A DNA stretch of 64,000 nt from an uncultured Actinomycetes bacterium (GCA_963740145.1 CAVUDI010000002.1:36579-100578); one strand, 5' to 3'. Shown: positions 20,088-28,166, counted from the first letter of the stretch. Made by a program: numbers and translations. Notes: generated by a model not told the origin, from the letters alone.

Positions 20088-21281
20088 TCAGGAAGGCCGC
20101 TCGGCGGCCTCGACCTCGCCCATCAGCTCGCCGGGCTTCCAGCGGGTGGTGGGCAGGATCGCGCGCTCGATCACGCGGTCCTTGTGCCGCTCGATGATCC
20201 GCAGCATCGAGCGGACCAGCTCCTCGCCGAGGTGATGGGGCTTCAGCCCGAGGTCGATCAGCTTCGTGTTGGTGGCGTTGTAGTAGTGGCGCTCGGCCTC
20301 GATCCGCGGGTTGGGGAAGCTGCGCACCTCGACCCCGTAGCCGAGCTCCTCGCCGCTCCGCTTCACGAGCTCGGCCAGCTCGGAGACCGAGAACTGCTCC
20401 GTGAACTGGTTGAAGACCCGGAACTCGCCGAGCTCGGCGGGATGGGTGACCGCCAGCTCGACGCACTGGAGCGTGTCGCGGATGTTCAGGAAGCCACGCG
20501 TCTGCCCGCCCTCGCCGTACACGGTGAGCGGGTGACCGATCACCGCCTGCACGCAGAACCGGTTGAGCACGGTGCCGAAGTACTCGTCGTAGTCGAAGCG
20601 GGTGATCAGGCGCTCGTCTCGGGCGGACTCCTCGGTCTCGATCCCGTAGACCACTCCCTGGTTCAGGTCGGTGGCGCGCAGGCCCCAGATCCGGCAGGCG
20701 AAGTGGATGTTGTGGGAGTCGTGGACCTTCGACAGGTGGTAGAGCGAGCCCGGCATCTTCGGGAACGGAAGCGTGTCCCGGCGACCCTTGTGCTGGATCT
20801 CGATGAACCCCTCCTCGATGTCGATGTTCGGCGTCCCGTATTCGCCCATGGTGCCGAGCTTGACCAGGTGACAGTCGGGTACCCGGTCGCGAATCGAGAA
20901 CAGCAGCTCGAGGGTCCCGATCACGTTCGTGTACTGGGTCTCCACGGCGGTCGCGCGGGACTTCATCGAATAGGGAGCCGAAGGCTGCTCGCCGTAGTGC
21001 ACGATCGTCTCGGGCAGGGTCTCGGCGATCACCCGGTCGAGGAAGTCGCCGTCCTCGATCGACCCCACGTAGGTGCCGATCTCCTGGCCGCTCACCTGGT
21101 GCCAGGCCTCGACCCGATCGGCCAGCGAGCGAATCGGGGTCAGCGAGCCGGTCGAATGCTGCACATGCCAGCGCCGGCGCGAGAAGTTGTCGACGACGGA
21201 AACCTCGTGCCCGCGTGCCGCGAGGCGCATCGCCGTCGGCCACCCGAGGTACCCGTCACCTCCGAGGATCAGGACTCGCAT
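20088..21281 (-). CDS. sqdB: UDP-sulfoquinovose synthase
   Basis: 397-aa SDR: MRVLILGGDGYLGWPTA, HYGEQPSAPYSM, CHLVKLGTMGEYGTPNIDIEEGF, LPFPKMPGSLYHLSKVHDSHNIHFACRIWGLRATDLNQGVVYG, HPLTVYGEGGQTRGFLNIRDT. It is collinear with cyanobacterial/plant SqdB/SQD1 as I remember them. Confidence 0.88.
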   Translation of the reverse strand: MRVLILGGDGYLGWPTAMRLAARGHEVSVVDNFSRRRWHVQHSTGSLTPIRSLADRVEAWHQVSGQEIGTYVGSIEDGDFLDRVIAETLPETIVHYGEQPSAPYSMKSRATAVETQYTNVIGTLELLFSIRDRVPDCHLVKLGTMGEYGTPNIDIEEGFIEIQHKGRRDTLPFPKMPGSLYHLSKVHDSHNIHFACRIWGLRATDLNQGVVYGIETEESARDERLITRFDYDEYFGTVLNRFCVQAVIGHPLTVYGEGGQTRGFLNIRDTLQCVELAVTHPAELGEFRVFNQFTEQFSVSELAELVKRSGEELGYGVEVRSFPNPRIEAERHYYNATNTKLIDLGLKPHHLGEELVRSMLRIIERHKDRVIERAILPTTRWKPGELMGEVEAAERPS

Positions 21282-21362
21282 GATCGCGCGAGGGTAGCGG
21301 ACCGCTCAGGCGGGTTCGTCTGCGCGTTGACCGCGGGGCGCGCTCCTATCCTGTAGCGGCCC

Positions 21363-22430
21363 ATGACGCCTCCAGCGGACGTCCTTCCCCCCGAGCTGAC
21401 GGCGCTGCGCGCCGCGGGATTGGTGATCGCTGCGCTTGTGGGCGCGTTCGCCATCTGGCGGCGCCGCTCGCTACGCAACGTCGACGTCCTGATCCTGCTG
21501 GTGGTGGCGCTCGGCCTGGCGATCGTCGCCGGCACGGAGCTCCTCGACGCGATCCTCGGCGCCTTCTCGTTCCAGCGCGAGAACGGGACCAGGATCGTCG
21601 GTGTCGCCGTGATCGCCATCCTGATCCTGTTCGCGCTCGTGGTGCGTGCCCTGTCTCAGGGATCGCGGATCACCCGCGAGCTCTCGGCGGTGCTGGAGGG
21701 GCTCGCCTGGGAGCAGTTCGTGGCCGGCAGCCACCCGGAGCGCTTCCGGGACAAGGTCGGGGTGCTTGTCCCGGCCTACAACGAGGCCGACAGCATCGGC
21801 TACGTCCTCGACCGGATTCCGGAGCAGGTCTGCGGGCTCGAAACAGCGGTGCTGGTCGTCGACGACGGCTCCCGGGACGGTACCGGGGAGATCGCCGCCG
21901 AGCATGGCGCCGCGGTCGCGCGCCACCTGATCAACCGCGGAGGCGGGGCAGCGCTGCGCACGGGCTACCGGCTGCTGGCCGACTCGGGCGCCACCATCGT
22001 CGTCACCCTGGATGCCGACGGCCAGCACCTGCCATCCGAGATGGAGCGCCTCGTGCAGCCAGTCGTTTCCGGAGAGGTGGCCGTGGCGCACGGCTCACGC
22101 GTGCTCGGCAAGGCAGAGCCCAACCACTACGCGCGCGAGCTGGGGATCGTGTTCTTCAACCGGATGGTCTCGCTGATCACTCGCACCAGGGTGAGCGATT
22201 GCTCCAACGGCTACCGCGCGGTCCGCTCAGACGTCCTCCCCCAGCTCGTCCTGCGCCAGGAGCAGTTCCACACCTCCGAGTTCCTGATCGAGGCGCTGAG
22301 GCGGGGCATTCCCGCCAAGGAGGTGCCGGTGACCGTCGCCCGCCGCATGCACGGCCACTCGAAGAAGCCCGCCGTCGTCCGCTACGGGCTCGGCTTCGCG
22401 AACGCGATTGTTCGAACGTGGTTGCGCTAG
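21363..22430 (+). CDS. membrane-anchored family-2 glycosyltransferase
   Basis: Three N-terminal hydrophobic helices, then a GT-A domain: VLVPAYNEADSIGYVLDRI, VVDDGSRDGT, TLDADGQH. Confidence 0.85.
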   Translation: MTPPADVLPPELTALRAAGLVIAALVGAFAIWRRRSLRNVDVLILLVVALGLAIVAGTELLDAILGAFSFQRENGTRIVGVAVIAILILFALVVRALSQGSRITRELSAVLEGLAWEQFVAGSHPERFRDKVGVLVPAYNEADSIGYVLDRIPEQVCGLETAVLVVDDGSRDGTGEIAAEHGAAVARHLINRGGGAALRTGYRLLADSGATIVVTLDADGQHLPSEMERLVQPVVSGEVAVAHGSRVLGKAEPNHYARELGIVFFNRMVSLITRTRVSDCSNGYRAVRSDVLPQLVLRQEQFHTSEFLIEALRRGIPAKEVPVTVARRMHGHSKKPAVVRYGLGFANAIVRTWLR

Positions 22431-22669
22431 AGGTCGGCGCCGCAGCGGGTGCAGACCTGGACGTAGCGCTTTAGGACCTTGCCGCAGCGCGGGCAGCGGC
22501 GCTCGGGCTCCTCGGTCTCCGGCCGGAAGAGGATCACCGCGATCAGGCCGAGGACAGGCAGCACCGAGCCCACGATCAGCCAGATGAAGAACGAACTGCC
22601 CTTGGCGCGCCCGATGACCCCGGTGGCGATGCCGAACGACAGGGCGATGATCAGGTATGGCGCCGCCAT
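22427..22669 (-). CDS. small membrane protein with a C-terminal zinc ribbon
   Basis: 80 aa with two hydrophobic helices, then RRCPRCGKVLKRYVQVCTRCG. Confidence 0.6.
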   Translation of the reverse strand: MAAPYLIIALSFGIATGVIGRAKGSSFFIWLIVGSVLPVLGLIAVILFRPETEEPERRCPRCGKVLKRYVQVCTRCGADL

Positions 22670-22690
22670 ACCTGGATTCTCCCGCCTCGT

Positions 22691-24010
22691 TCAGGAGACC
22701 GGCCGGTGGCTGCCGCCGCGCTCGTACTCCTCGGCCCGCAGCGGCCGCGGATGGCCGATCGAGCCGACCTCGGCGACGTCGCGGCGGAAGGGCAGGCCGA
22801 CGGTCCAGTCGACCACCGCCCGGATCTTGCGTGCAGTGCCCGGGATCTGGCTCATGTGGTAGGTGCGCGCCATCCACCAGGCCGGGAACCCCGAGAACGT
22901 GAACCGGCCCAGCCGGCCGACCGCCTTGTAGCGACCCAGGTTGACGAACGCCCCCTTGTTTCGATACCCGAACGGCTCGGCCTTGCCGACCCCGAGCTCG
23001 GCGGCCACGTTTCGGGCCACCGTCCGCCCCTGGCGGATGGCATGTTGGGCCGTCGGCGGAGACGGCCTGGCCAGGCCAGCCGAGGGATCGGGGACGGCGG
23101 CGCAGTCGCCGATTGCCCACACGCCGTCCATGCCCTCGACCCGCATGTACCGGTCGACCACAACCCGGCCGTTGGCGTCCAGCGGCACGCTGAGCTCTGC
23201 GAGGCTGGGGTGCGGCGCGACGCCGGTCGTCCAGACCACCGTCCGCGTGGGAATCCGCTCGCCGGTGCTGAGGGTCACCGCGCCGGGCTCGGCCGATTCG
23301 AGGCGGGTGCCGAGGCGGATGTCGATCCCGCGGCCACGAAGCTCCCGCGCGGCGTACTCGGCCAGCTTCAGGTCGATCTCTGGCAGGACTCGGTCGGTGG
23401 CCTCGACCAGGATCCAACGCATTCCCTGAAGGCGCGCCCGCGGGTAGGAGTCCATCGCGTCCGCGGCGAAGTCCTGGAGCTCGGCCAGAGCCTCGAGCCC
23501 CGCGTAGCCGCCCCCCACGAAGACGTAGGTCAGTAGCTCCTCGCGGCGCTCGGGGTCCTCGCTCGCGTTCGCTGCCTCGAGCGTCTCGATCACATGGTTT
23601 CGGAGCCAGATCGCGTCAGCGAGGCTCTTGAAGCCGATTGCGTTCTCGAGGCCGGGGACGGGCAGCAGCCGTGACACGGAGCCCAGCGCGAGGACGAGCT
23701 GGTCGTAGCGCTGCTCCTCCGTCTCGCCATCGTGGGTGCGGATCTGAACCGTGCGCGCCGCCGGATCGTGCGCGGTCACGGCGCCGAGCCGCAGGAAGGC
23801 GCGCTTCAGCATCTCGCGAAGCGGCGTCACCACGTGACGGGGCTCCAGGGTGCCGGCGGCCGCCTCCGGAAGGAACGGCGTGTAGAGCAGGAAGTTGACG
23901 TCGTTGACCAGCATCAGCCGGGCGGACTGCTTCGGCAGCAGGCGCTCCAGCTGGTGGGCCGCGTGCGCCCCCCCGAATCCACCCCCGGCGATGACGACGT
24001 TCCAGGCCAC
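22691..24010 (-). CDS. ndh: type II NADH dehydrogenase (NDH-2)
   Basis: GTG start: MAWNVVIAGGGFGGAHAA (FAD GxGxxG). A second dinucleotide fold reads VFVGGGYAGLEALAEL. 439 aa. Confidence 0.9.
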   Translation of the reverse strand: MAWNVVIAGGGFGGAHAAHQLERLLPKQSARLMLVNDVNFLLYTPFLPEAAAGTLEPRHVVTPLREMLKRAFLRLGAVTAHDPAARTVQIRTHDGETEEQRYDQLVLALGSVSRLLPVPGLENAIGFKSLADAIWLRNHVIETLEAANASEDPERREELLTYVFVGGGYAGLEALAELQDFAADAMDSYPRARLQGMRWILVEATDRVLPEIDLKLAEYAARELRGRGIDIRLGTRLESAEPGAVTLSTGERIPTRTVVWTTGVAPHPSLAELSVPLDANGRVVVDRYMRVEGMDGVWAIGDCAAVPDPSAGLARPSPPTAQHAIRQGRTVARNVAAELGVGKAEPFGYRNKGAFVNLGRYKAVGRLGRFTFSGFPAWWMARTYHMSQIPGTARKIRAVVDWTVGLPFRRDVAEVGSIGHPRPLRAEEYERGGSHRPVS

Positions 24011-24026
24011 GTACCGAGCCTACCAC

Positions 24027-24047
24027 CTTGTAACAAGTTGTTACAAG
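24027..24047. promoter_or_regulatory. perfect 21-bp AT-rich palindrome (candidate operator) between ndh and hicA
   Basis: CTTGTAACAA-G-TTGTTACAAG read directly. It lies 17 nt upstream of the ndh GTG and overlaps a plausible TTGTAA -35 / 18-nt spacer / TAGGCT -10 on the ndh strand. Confidence 0.5.
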
Positions 24048-24112
24048 TGCCGATCGGCGCTAGAACCGCCTCCCGGAGGGCGCACAGCGGCCGTTTCGGC
24101 TTGTTCCAAGAG

Positions 24113-24301
24113 GTGAAGGTCCGTGCGGTCATCCAGCTGATCGAGAGCGATGGCTGGTTCAAGGTCCGCCACCGAGGCGGTCATCGACAGTCCAGACACC
24201 CATCGAAGCCGGGGAGGGTGACTGTGCCCGGACATCCCTCAGATGATTTGCATCCGAAGACGCTTTCGAGCATCCTTAGCCAAGCGGGTCTTCGACGATG
24301 A
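24113..24301 (+). CDS. hicA: HicA-family mRNA interferase toxin
   Basis: GTG start: VKVRAVIQLIESDGWFKVRHRGGHRQSRHPSKPGRVTVPGHPSDDLHPKTLSSILSQAGL. The stop overlaps the hicB ATG (ATGA). Confidence 0.85.
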   Translation: MKVRAVIQLIESDGWFKVRHRGGHRQSRHPSKPGRVTVPGHPSDDLHPKTLSSILSQAGLRR

Positions 24302-24576
24302 TCCACAACCACACTGAACAGGCAGACCGGTACCTCGTTCTTGTGGAAGGCGGCCCGCCCTCCAACTACTCCGCGTGGTCCCCTGATCTCCTGGGATGCG
24401 TTGCCACCGGGGACACCATCGAGCAGTGCGTGGGCGAGATGCGCGAAGCGATCGCGTTACACCTGGAAGGCCTGGCGGAGGACGGGGATCCCATCCCCGA
24501 GCCGACCGGGCCAGGCGTCTACGTCGAGCGACCGGTTGTGGCGTCGGGCTCGAGCGGTGGATTGGGTACCCCATAG
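24298..24576 (+). CDS. hicB: HicB-family antitoxin (N-terminal domain only)
   Basis: 92 aa: YSAWSPDLLGCVATGDTIEQCVGEMREAIALHLEGLAEDGDPIPEP. I see no C-terminal RHH/HTH domain. Confidence 0.8.
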   Translation: MIHNHTEQADRYLVLVEGGPPSNYSAWSPDLLGCVATGDTIEQCVGEMREAIALHLEGLAEDGDPIPEPTGPGVYVERPVVASGSSGGLGTP

Positions 24577-24618
24577 GTACCCAATCCTTCACTCGTCGTC
24601 CGACTCGCCGCCAAGCGA

Positions 24619-24654
24619 CTAGCCGACTCCCAGCTTGGCGCGGATCAGGCGCAA
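24619..24654 (-). other. degenerate duplicate of the gatB 3' end (..LRLIRAKLGVG*)
   Basis: It sits 47 nt from the true gatB end (..VRLIKARLGVE*, 24666-24701). By hand count the two are 25/36 nt identical with the same codon register. Confidence 0.45.
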
Positions 24655-24665
24655 TCGTGCGCCCG

Positions 24666-26147
24666 TCACTCCACTCCCAGCCGCGCCTTGATCAGGCGCA
24701 CGATCTCTCCCCCGTCCGCTCGGCCCTTGGTCTCCCGCATGACGGCGCCGACGATCGGGCCGATCGCCTTCGGGTTGCCGGCCCTGACCTTCTCGGCGGC
24801 CCCCGGCTCCGCCTCGATCGCGCGCTCGACGATCGCCTCCAGCTCGCCGGAGTCCGACATCTGGACGAGGCCCTCCCGCTCCACGATCTGGGCCGGATCG
24901 CCGCCCTCGGCGACGAGGGTCGCAAGGACCTGCCGCGCGGCGCCGGTCGTGACCTGCTTGGACTCCACCATGCCGGCGAGCGCAGCCAGGGCCTCCGGCG
25001 AGACCTTGGACCTCGCCGGGTCAACTTCTCCATCCTCGGCCTCCCGCAACCGGCCCACGAGCTCTCCCGTGACCCAGTTGGCGATCGTCGTGGGCCTCTC
25101 GGGCGCGGAGCCCTCCGCAGCCGCGCTCTTGCGCGAGGCGTCAAGAGCGCGCTCGAAGTAGTCGCCGAGCTCGGCGTCGAAGGCCAGCTGCCGGGCGGTC
25201 ACCTCGGGCAGCCCAAGCTCGGCCTGGTAGCGCTCGCGCCGCTCGGCCGGCAGCTCGGGGAGCGTTTCGCTCGCCGCGCGAAGCATCTCCTCGGTGGGCG
25301 CGAGCGGCACCAGGTCGGGCTCGGGGAAGTAGCGGTAGTCGTGCGCGTACTCCTTCGAGCGCAGGGGAGTCAGCGCCGCCGTTCTGGGGTCGAAGTGGAA
25401 CGTCTCCTGCTCGACCTGCTCGCCCGCCTCCAGCAGTGCCACCTGGCGCTCCAGCTCGGCCGCGATTCCCCGCTCGAGGAAGCGAAAGCTGTTCATGTTC
25501 TTGAGCTCGCTCTTCGTGCCCAGCTCCTCGGCGCCGGCGCGCCGCACCGAGACGTTGGCATCGCAGCGCAGGCTTCCCTCCTCCATGTTCACGTCGGAGA
25601 CACCGAGTTGCTTGACCGTGGTTCGCAGGAGCTGCGCCCACTCCCGCGCCTCGGCCGGGCCGCGAAGGTCGGGCTCGGTGACGATCTCGACCAGGGGCGT
25701 GCCGCCGCGATTGAAATCGACCAGCGAAGTCGCGGAGCCGTGGATGCGCCCGGACTCGCCGAGATGGATCAGCTTCGCGGCGTCCTCCTCCAGGTGGACA
25801 CGGTGGATGCGCACGTCGCCCAGCCTGCCCCCGCTCGCCAGCGGGATGTCGTACTGGCTGATCTGGTAGCCCTTCGGCAGATCGGGATAGAAGTAGTTCT
25901 TGCGGTGGAAGATCGAGTGCCGGGCCGGTTCGCAGCCCAGCGCGAGGGCGATCTGCAACCCGTACCGGACTGCCTGCTCGTTGATCACCGGCAAGGTGCC
26001 TGGGTGCCCGAGGCAGATCGGGCAGGTGTGCGTATTCGGTTCGTCGCCGAAGGAGAGCTCGCAGCCGCAGAACATCTTCGTCCGCGTCGAAAGCTGTACG
26101 TGGATCTCGAGCCCGATCACGGCCTCGTATCCCTCCGTCACGCTCAT
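24666..26147 (-). CDS. gatB: Asp-tRNA(Asn)/Glu-tRNA(Gln) amidotransferase subunit B
   Basis: Start taken at MSVTEGYEAVIGLEIHVQLSTRTKMFCGC..PICLGHPGTLPVIN. Intact frame. The track ORF extends to 26282. Confidence 0.95.
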   Translation of the reverse strand: MSVTEGYEAVIGLEIHVQLSTRTKMFCGCELSFGDEPNTHTCPICLGHPGTLPVINEQAVRYGLQIALALGCEPARHSIFHRKNYFYPDLPKGYQISQYDIPLASGGRLGDVRIHRVHLEEDAAKLIHLGESGRIHGSATSLVDFNRGGTPLVEIVTEPDLRGPAEAREWAQLLRTTVKQLGVSDVNMEEGSLRCDANVSVRRAGAEELGTKSELKNMNSFRFLERGIAAELERQVALLEAGEQVEQETFHFDPRTAALTPLRSKEYAHDYRYFPEPDLVPLAPTEEMLRAASETLPELPAERRERYQAELGLPEVTARQLAFDAELGDYFERALDASRKSAAAEGSAPERPTTIANWVTGELVGRLREAEDGEVDPARSKVSPEALAALAGMVESKQVTTGAARQVLATLVAEGGDPAQIVEREGLVQMSDSGELEAIVERAIEAEPGAAEKVRAGNPKAIGPIVGAVMRETKGRADGGEIVRLIKARLGVE

Positions 26148-26169
26148 CCGAGCCTCAGCTCCTCCCTGA

Positions 26170-27627
26170 TCACGATCCAACCCCGGGCGGCCTGGCGTCA
26201 AAACCGATCGCTCGCTCCAGCGCGAAAGCGGCATCGAGCAGGCCCGACTCGCCGAAGGCAGGGGCGGCGATCTGGAAGCCAACCGGCAGCTCCGGGCCGC
26301 CGCCGTCCGGCTGCGCGAGCCCGGCTGGGATGGAGATCGCCGGGATGCCGGCCAGCGACATCGGCACCGTGCAGAAGTCCGACATGTACATCGCCAGCGG
26401 GTTTGCGGTCCGCTCCCCGAGCCTGAAGGCCACCGTCGGGGAGGTCGGCGTGACCAGGTAGTCGAAGCGCTCGAACGCGGCGCGGAAGTCGTCCGAGATC
26501 TTCGTGCGAACGCGCTGCGCGCGTCCGTAGTAGGCCTCGTAGTAGCCCGACGAGAGCGCGTACGTGCCGAGCATGATCCGCCGCTTCACCTCGGGCCCGA
26601 ACCCCTGCGCGCGGGTGCGCTCGTACATCGCGGTCAGGTCTCCGTCCGCGTCCACGCGCGGGCCGAACCGCACCCCGTCATAGCGGGCCAGGTTGGCCGA
26701 GGCCTCGGCGGGCGCCAGGACGTAGTAGGCGGCAAGGCCGTGGGGTGCGTGAGGAAGCTCGCACTCGTCCACCTCGCCGCCCAACTCCCCGATCACGCCG
26801 AGCGTGCGCTCGAAGACCTCCGCAACGCCAGCCTCGATCCCCTCGGCCTCCGCGGCCAGCTCCCGTGGCACTCCGAAGCGAAGCCCCTCGAGGCCCTCGC
26901 GCGACGGCAGCTCCACCCCGCCCTCGATCCCGACCGAGGTCGAGTCGCACCCGTCGCGCCCTTCGGTTGCCCGCAGCAGGAGCGCGGCGTCGGTGACGTC
27001 GCGGGTCAGCGGGCCGCACTGGTCGAGCGACGACGCGAAGGCGATCATCCCGTAGCGGGAAACGGCGCCGTAGGTGGGCTTCAGCCCCACGATCCCGCAA
27101 AGCGAGGCCGGCTGGCGAATCGAGCCGCCCGTATCGGTGCCGATCGCCCACGGCGCCGTCCGGCCGGCGACGGCTGCCGCCGAGCCTCCCGACGATCCTC
27201 CGGGGACCCGCTCGCGATCCCACGGGTTGAGCACCGGGCCGTAGCCGGAGTTCTCGGTCGAGGAGCCCATCGCGAACTCGTCCATGTTCGTCTTCCCAAG
27301 CAGGCGGGCGCCGGCGTCGGCCAGCCTTCGCACCGCGGTGGCCGTGTAGGGCGGCCGGTAGCCCTCCAGGATCCGCGACCCCGCGGTGGTCTCAATCCCC
27401 TCGGTGCAGAAGATGTCCTTGACGGCGATGGGCGCGCCTCGCAATGGCGCGTCGTCGTTCGTCGTTCGTCGTTCGTCGTTCGTGTCTTGCACCCATAGGT
27501 AGGCGTTGAGCTCGTCCTCGGCGGCCGCCTCCTCGTAGGCGTCGAAGTACTCGTCCGCGGAGAGCTCGTCGGCCTCCATCCGCCGCAGCGCCTCGGCGAC
27601 GCTCAACTCGAGGACGTCGGGACTCAC
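26170..27627 (-). CDS. gatA: Asp-tRNA(Asn)/Glu-tRNA(Gln) amidotransferase subunit A
   Basis: GTG start overlapping the gatC stop (GTGA). Amidase signature: KDIFCTEGIETTAGS, GGSSGGSAAAVA, GTDTGGSIRQPA. Confidence 0.93.
   Translation of the reverse strand: MSPDVLELSVAEALRRMEADELSADEYFDAYEEAAAEDELNAYLWVQDTNDERRTTNDDAPLRGAPIAVKDIFCTEGIETTAGSRILEGYRPPYTATAVRRLADAGARLLGKTNMDEFAMGSSTENSGYGPVLNPWDRERVPGGSSGGSAAAVAGRTAPWAIGTDTGGSIRQPASLCGIVGLKPTYGAVSRYGMIAFASSLDQCGPLTRDVTDAALLLRATEGRDGCDSTSVGIEGGVELPSREGLEGLRFGVPRELAAEAEGIEAGVAEVFERTLGVIGELGGEVDECELPHAPHGLAAYYVLAPAEASANLARYDGVRFGPRVDADGDLTAMYERTRAQGFGPEVKRRIMLGTYALSSGYYEAYYGRAQRVRTKISDDFRAAFERFDYLVTPTSPTVAFRLGERTANPLAMYMSDFCTVPMSLAGIPAISIPAGLAQPDGGGPELPVGFQIAAPAFGESGLLDAAFALERAIGFDARPPGVGS
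27452..27482. repeat. heptanucleotide tandem repeat (TCGTTCG x4, plus a partial unit) inside gatA
   Basis: tcg-tcgttcg-tcgttcg-tcgttcg-tcgttcg read directly. It encodes ..TNDERRTTND.. on the minus strand. Confidence 0.9.
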
Positions 27628-27908
27628 GCCTGCGGCGAGGGCACGCGGAAGGCGCCCTCGGCGGGGTCGGGCGCCGGCTCCAGTACCTGCTCGCGCGGCC
27701 AACTGGGTCGCGGCTCGTCGGCGCGCAGGACGTTCTCCAGCGCCACCACGTGCGAGGTCGGCTCCACCCCATCCAGGTCGAGCTCGTTCATCCGCTCGAC
27801 GTGATCGAGGATCGTGGTCAGCTCGCCCGACATCCGCTCGACCTCCTCGTCGGTCAGCTCGAGCCGCGCCAGCCTGGCCACGTGCAGGACCTGTTCCCGA
27901 TCGATCAT
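27624..27908 (-). CDS. gatC: Asp-tRNA(Asn)/Glu-tRNA(Gln) amidotransferase subunit C
   Basis: 94 aa: MIDREQVLHVARLARLELTDEEVERMSGELTTILDHVERMNELD. Confidence 0.92.
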   Translation of the reverse strand: MIDREQVLHVARLARLELTDEEVERMSGELTTILDHVERMNELDLDGVEPTSHVVALENVLRADEPRPSWPREQVLEPAPDPAEGAFRVPSPQA

Positions 27909-27985
27909 GGTGCGGATTCTAGGCCGGGTGGGATGACCGCCAAACGCTGACGGAAAGGCCTGCTAAACCGCGCCTTTTCTCATTC

Positions 27986-28009
27986 ATGGCTACGGCCATG
28001 GCTACGGTT
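27986..28009 (+). repeat. 2 x 12-bp tandem repeat abutting the integrase-stub stop codon
   Basis: ATGGCTACGGCC ATGGCTACGGTT, followed immediately by TCA (the stop of the minus-strand stub). Confidence 0.8.
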
Positions 28010-28120
28010 TCAGCCGCCTTCCCGGTCCAGGTAGGCGCCGAGCAGGGCGCGGACCTCGGCCTCGTTTCCGGGCATGAGGTGACCGCAGCGGTCGAGGGTG
28101 ATGCCCGGACTCGTCCGTCG
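28010..28120 (-). pseudogene. C-terminal stub of a tyrosine recombinase (catalytic Tyr codon now Cys)
   Basis: ..GITLDRCGHLMPGNEAEVRALLGAYLDREGG*. This is a paralog of the stub at 4095-4265 (..ITFDRYGHLIPGAEAEARDRLNAYLD). No upstream integrase body is present. Confidence 0.6.
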
Positions 28121-28166
28121 CTGACACGGGCTGGTAGCCTCAGCGCGACGGCAAGGAGAGCGAGTC

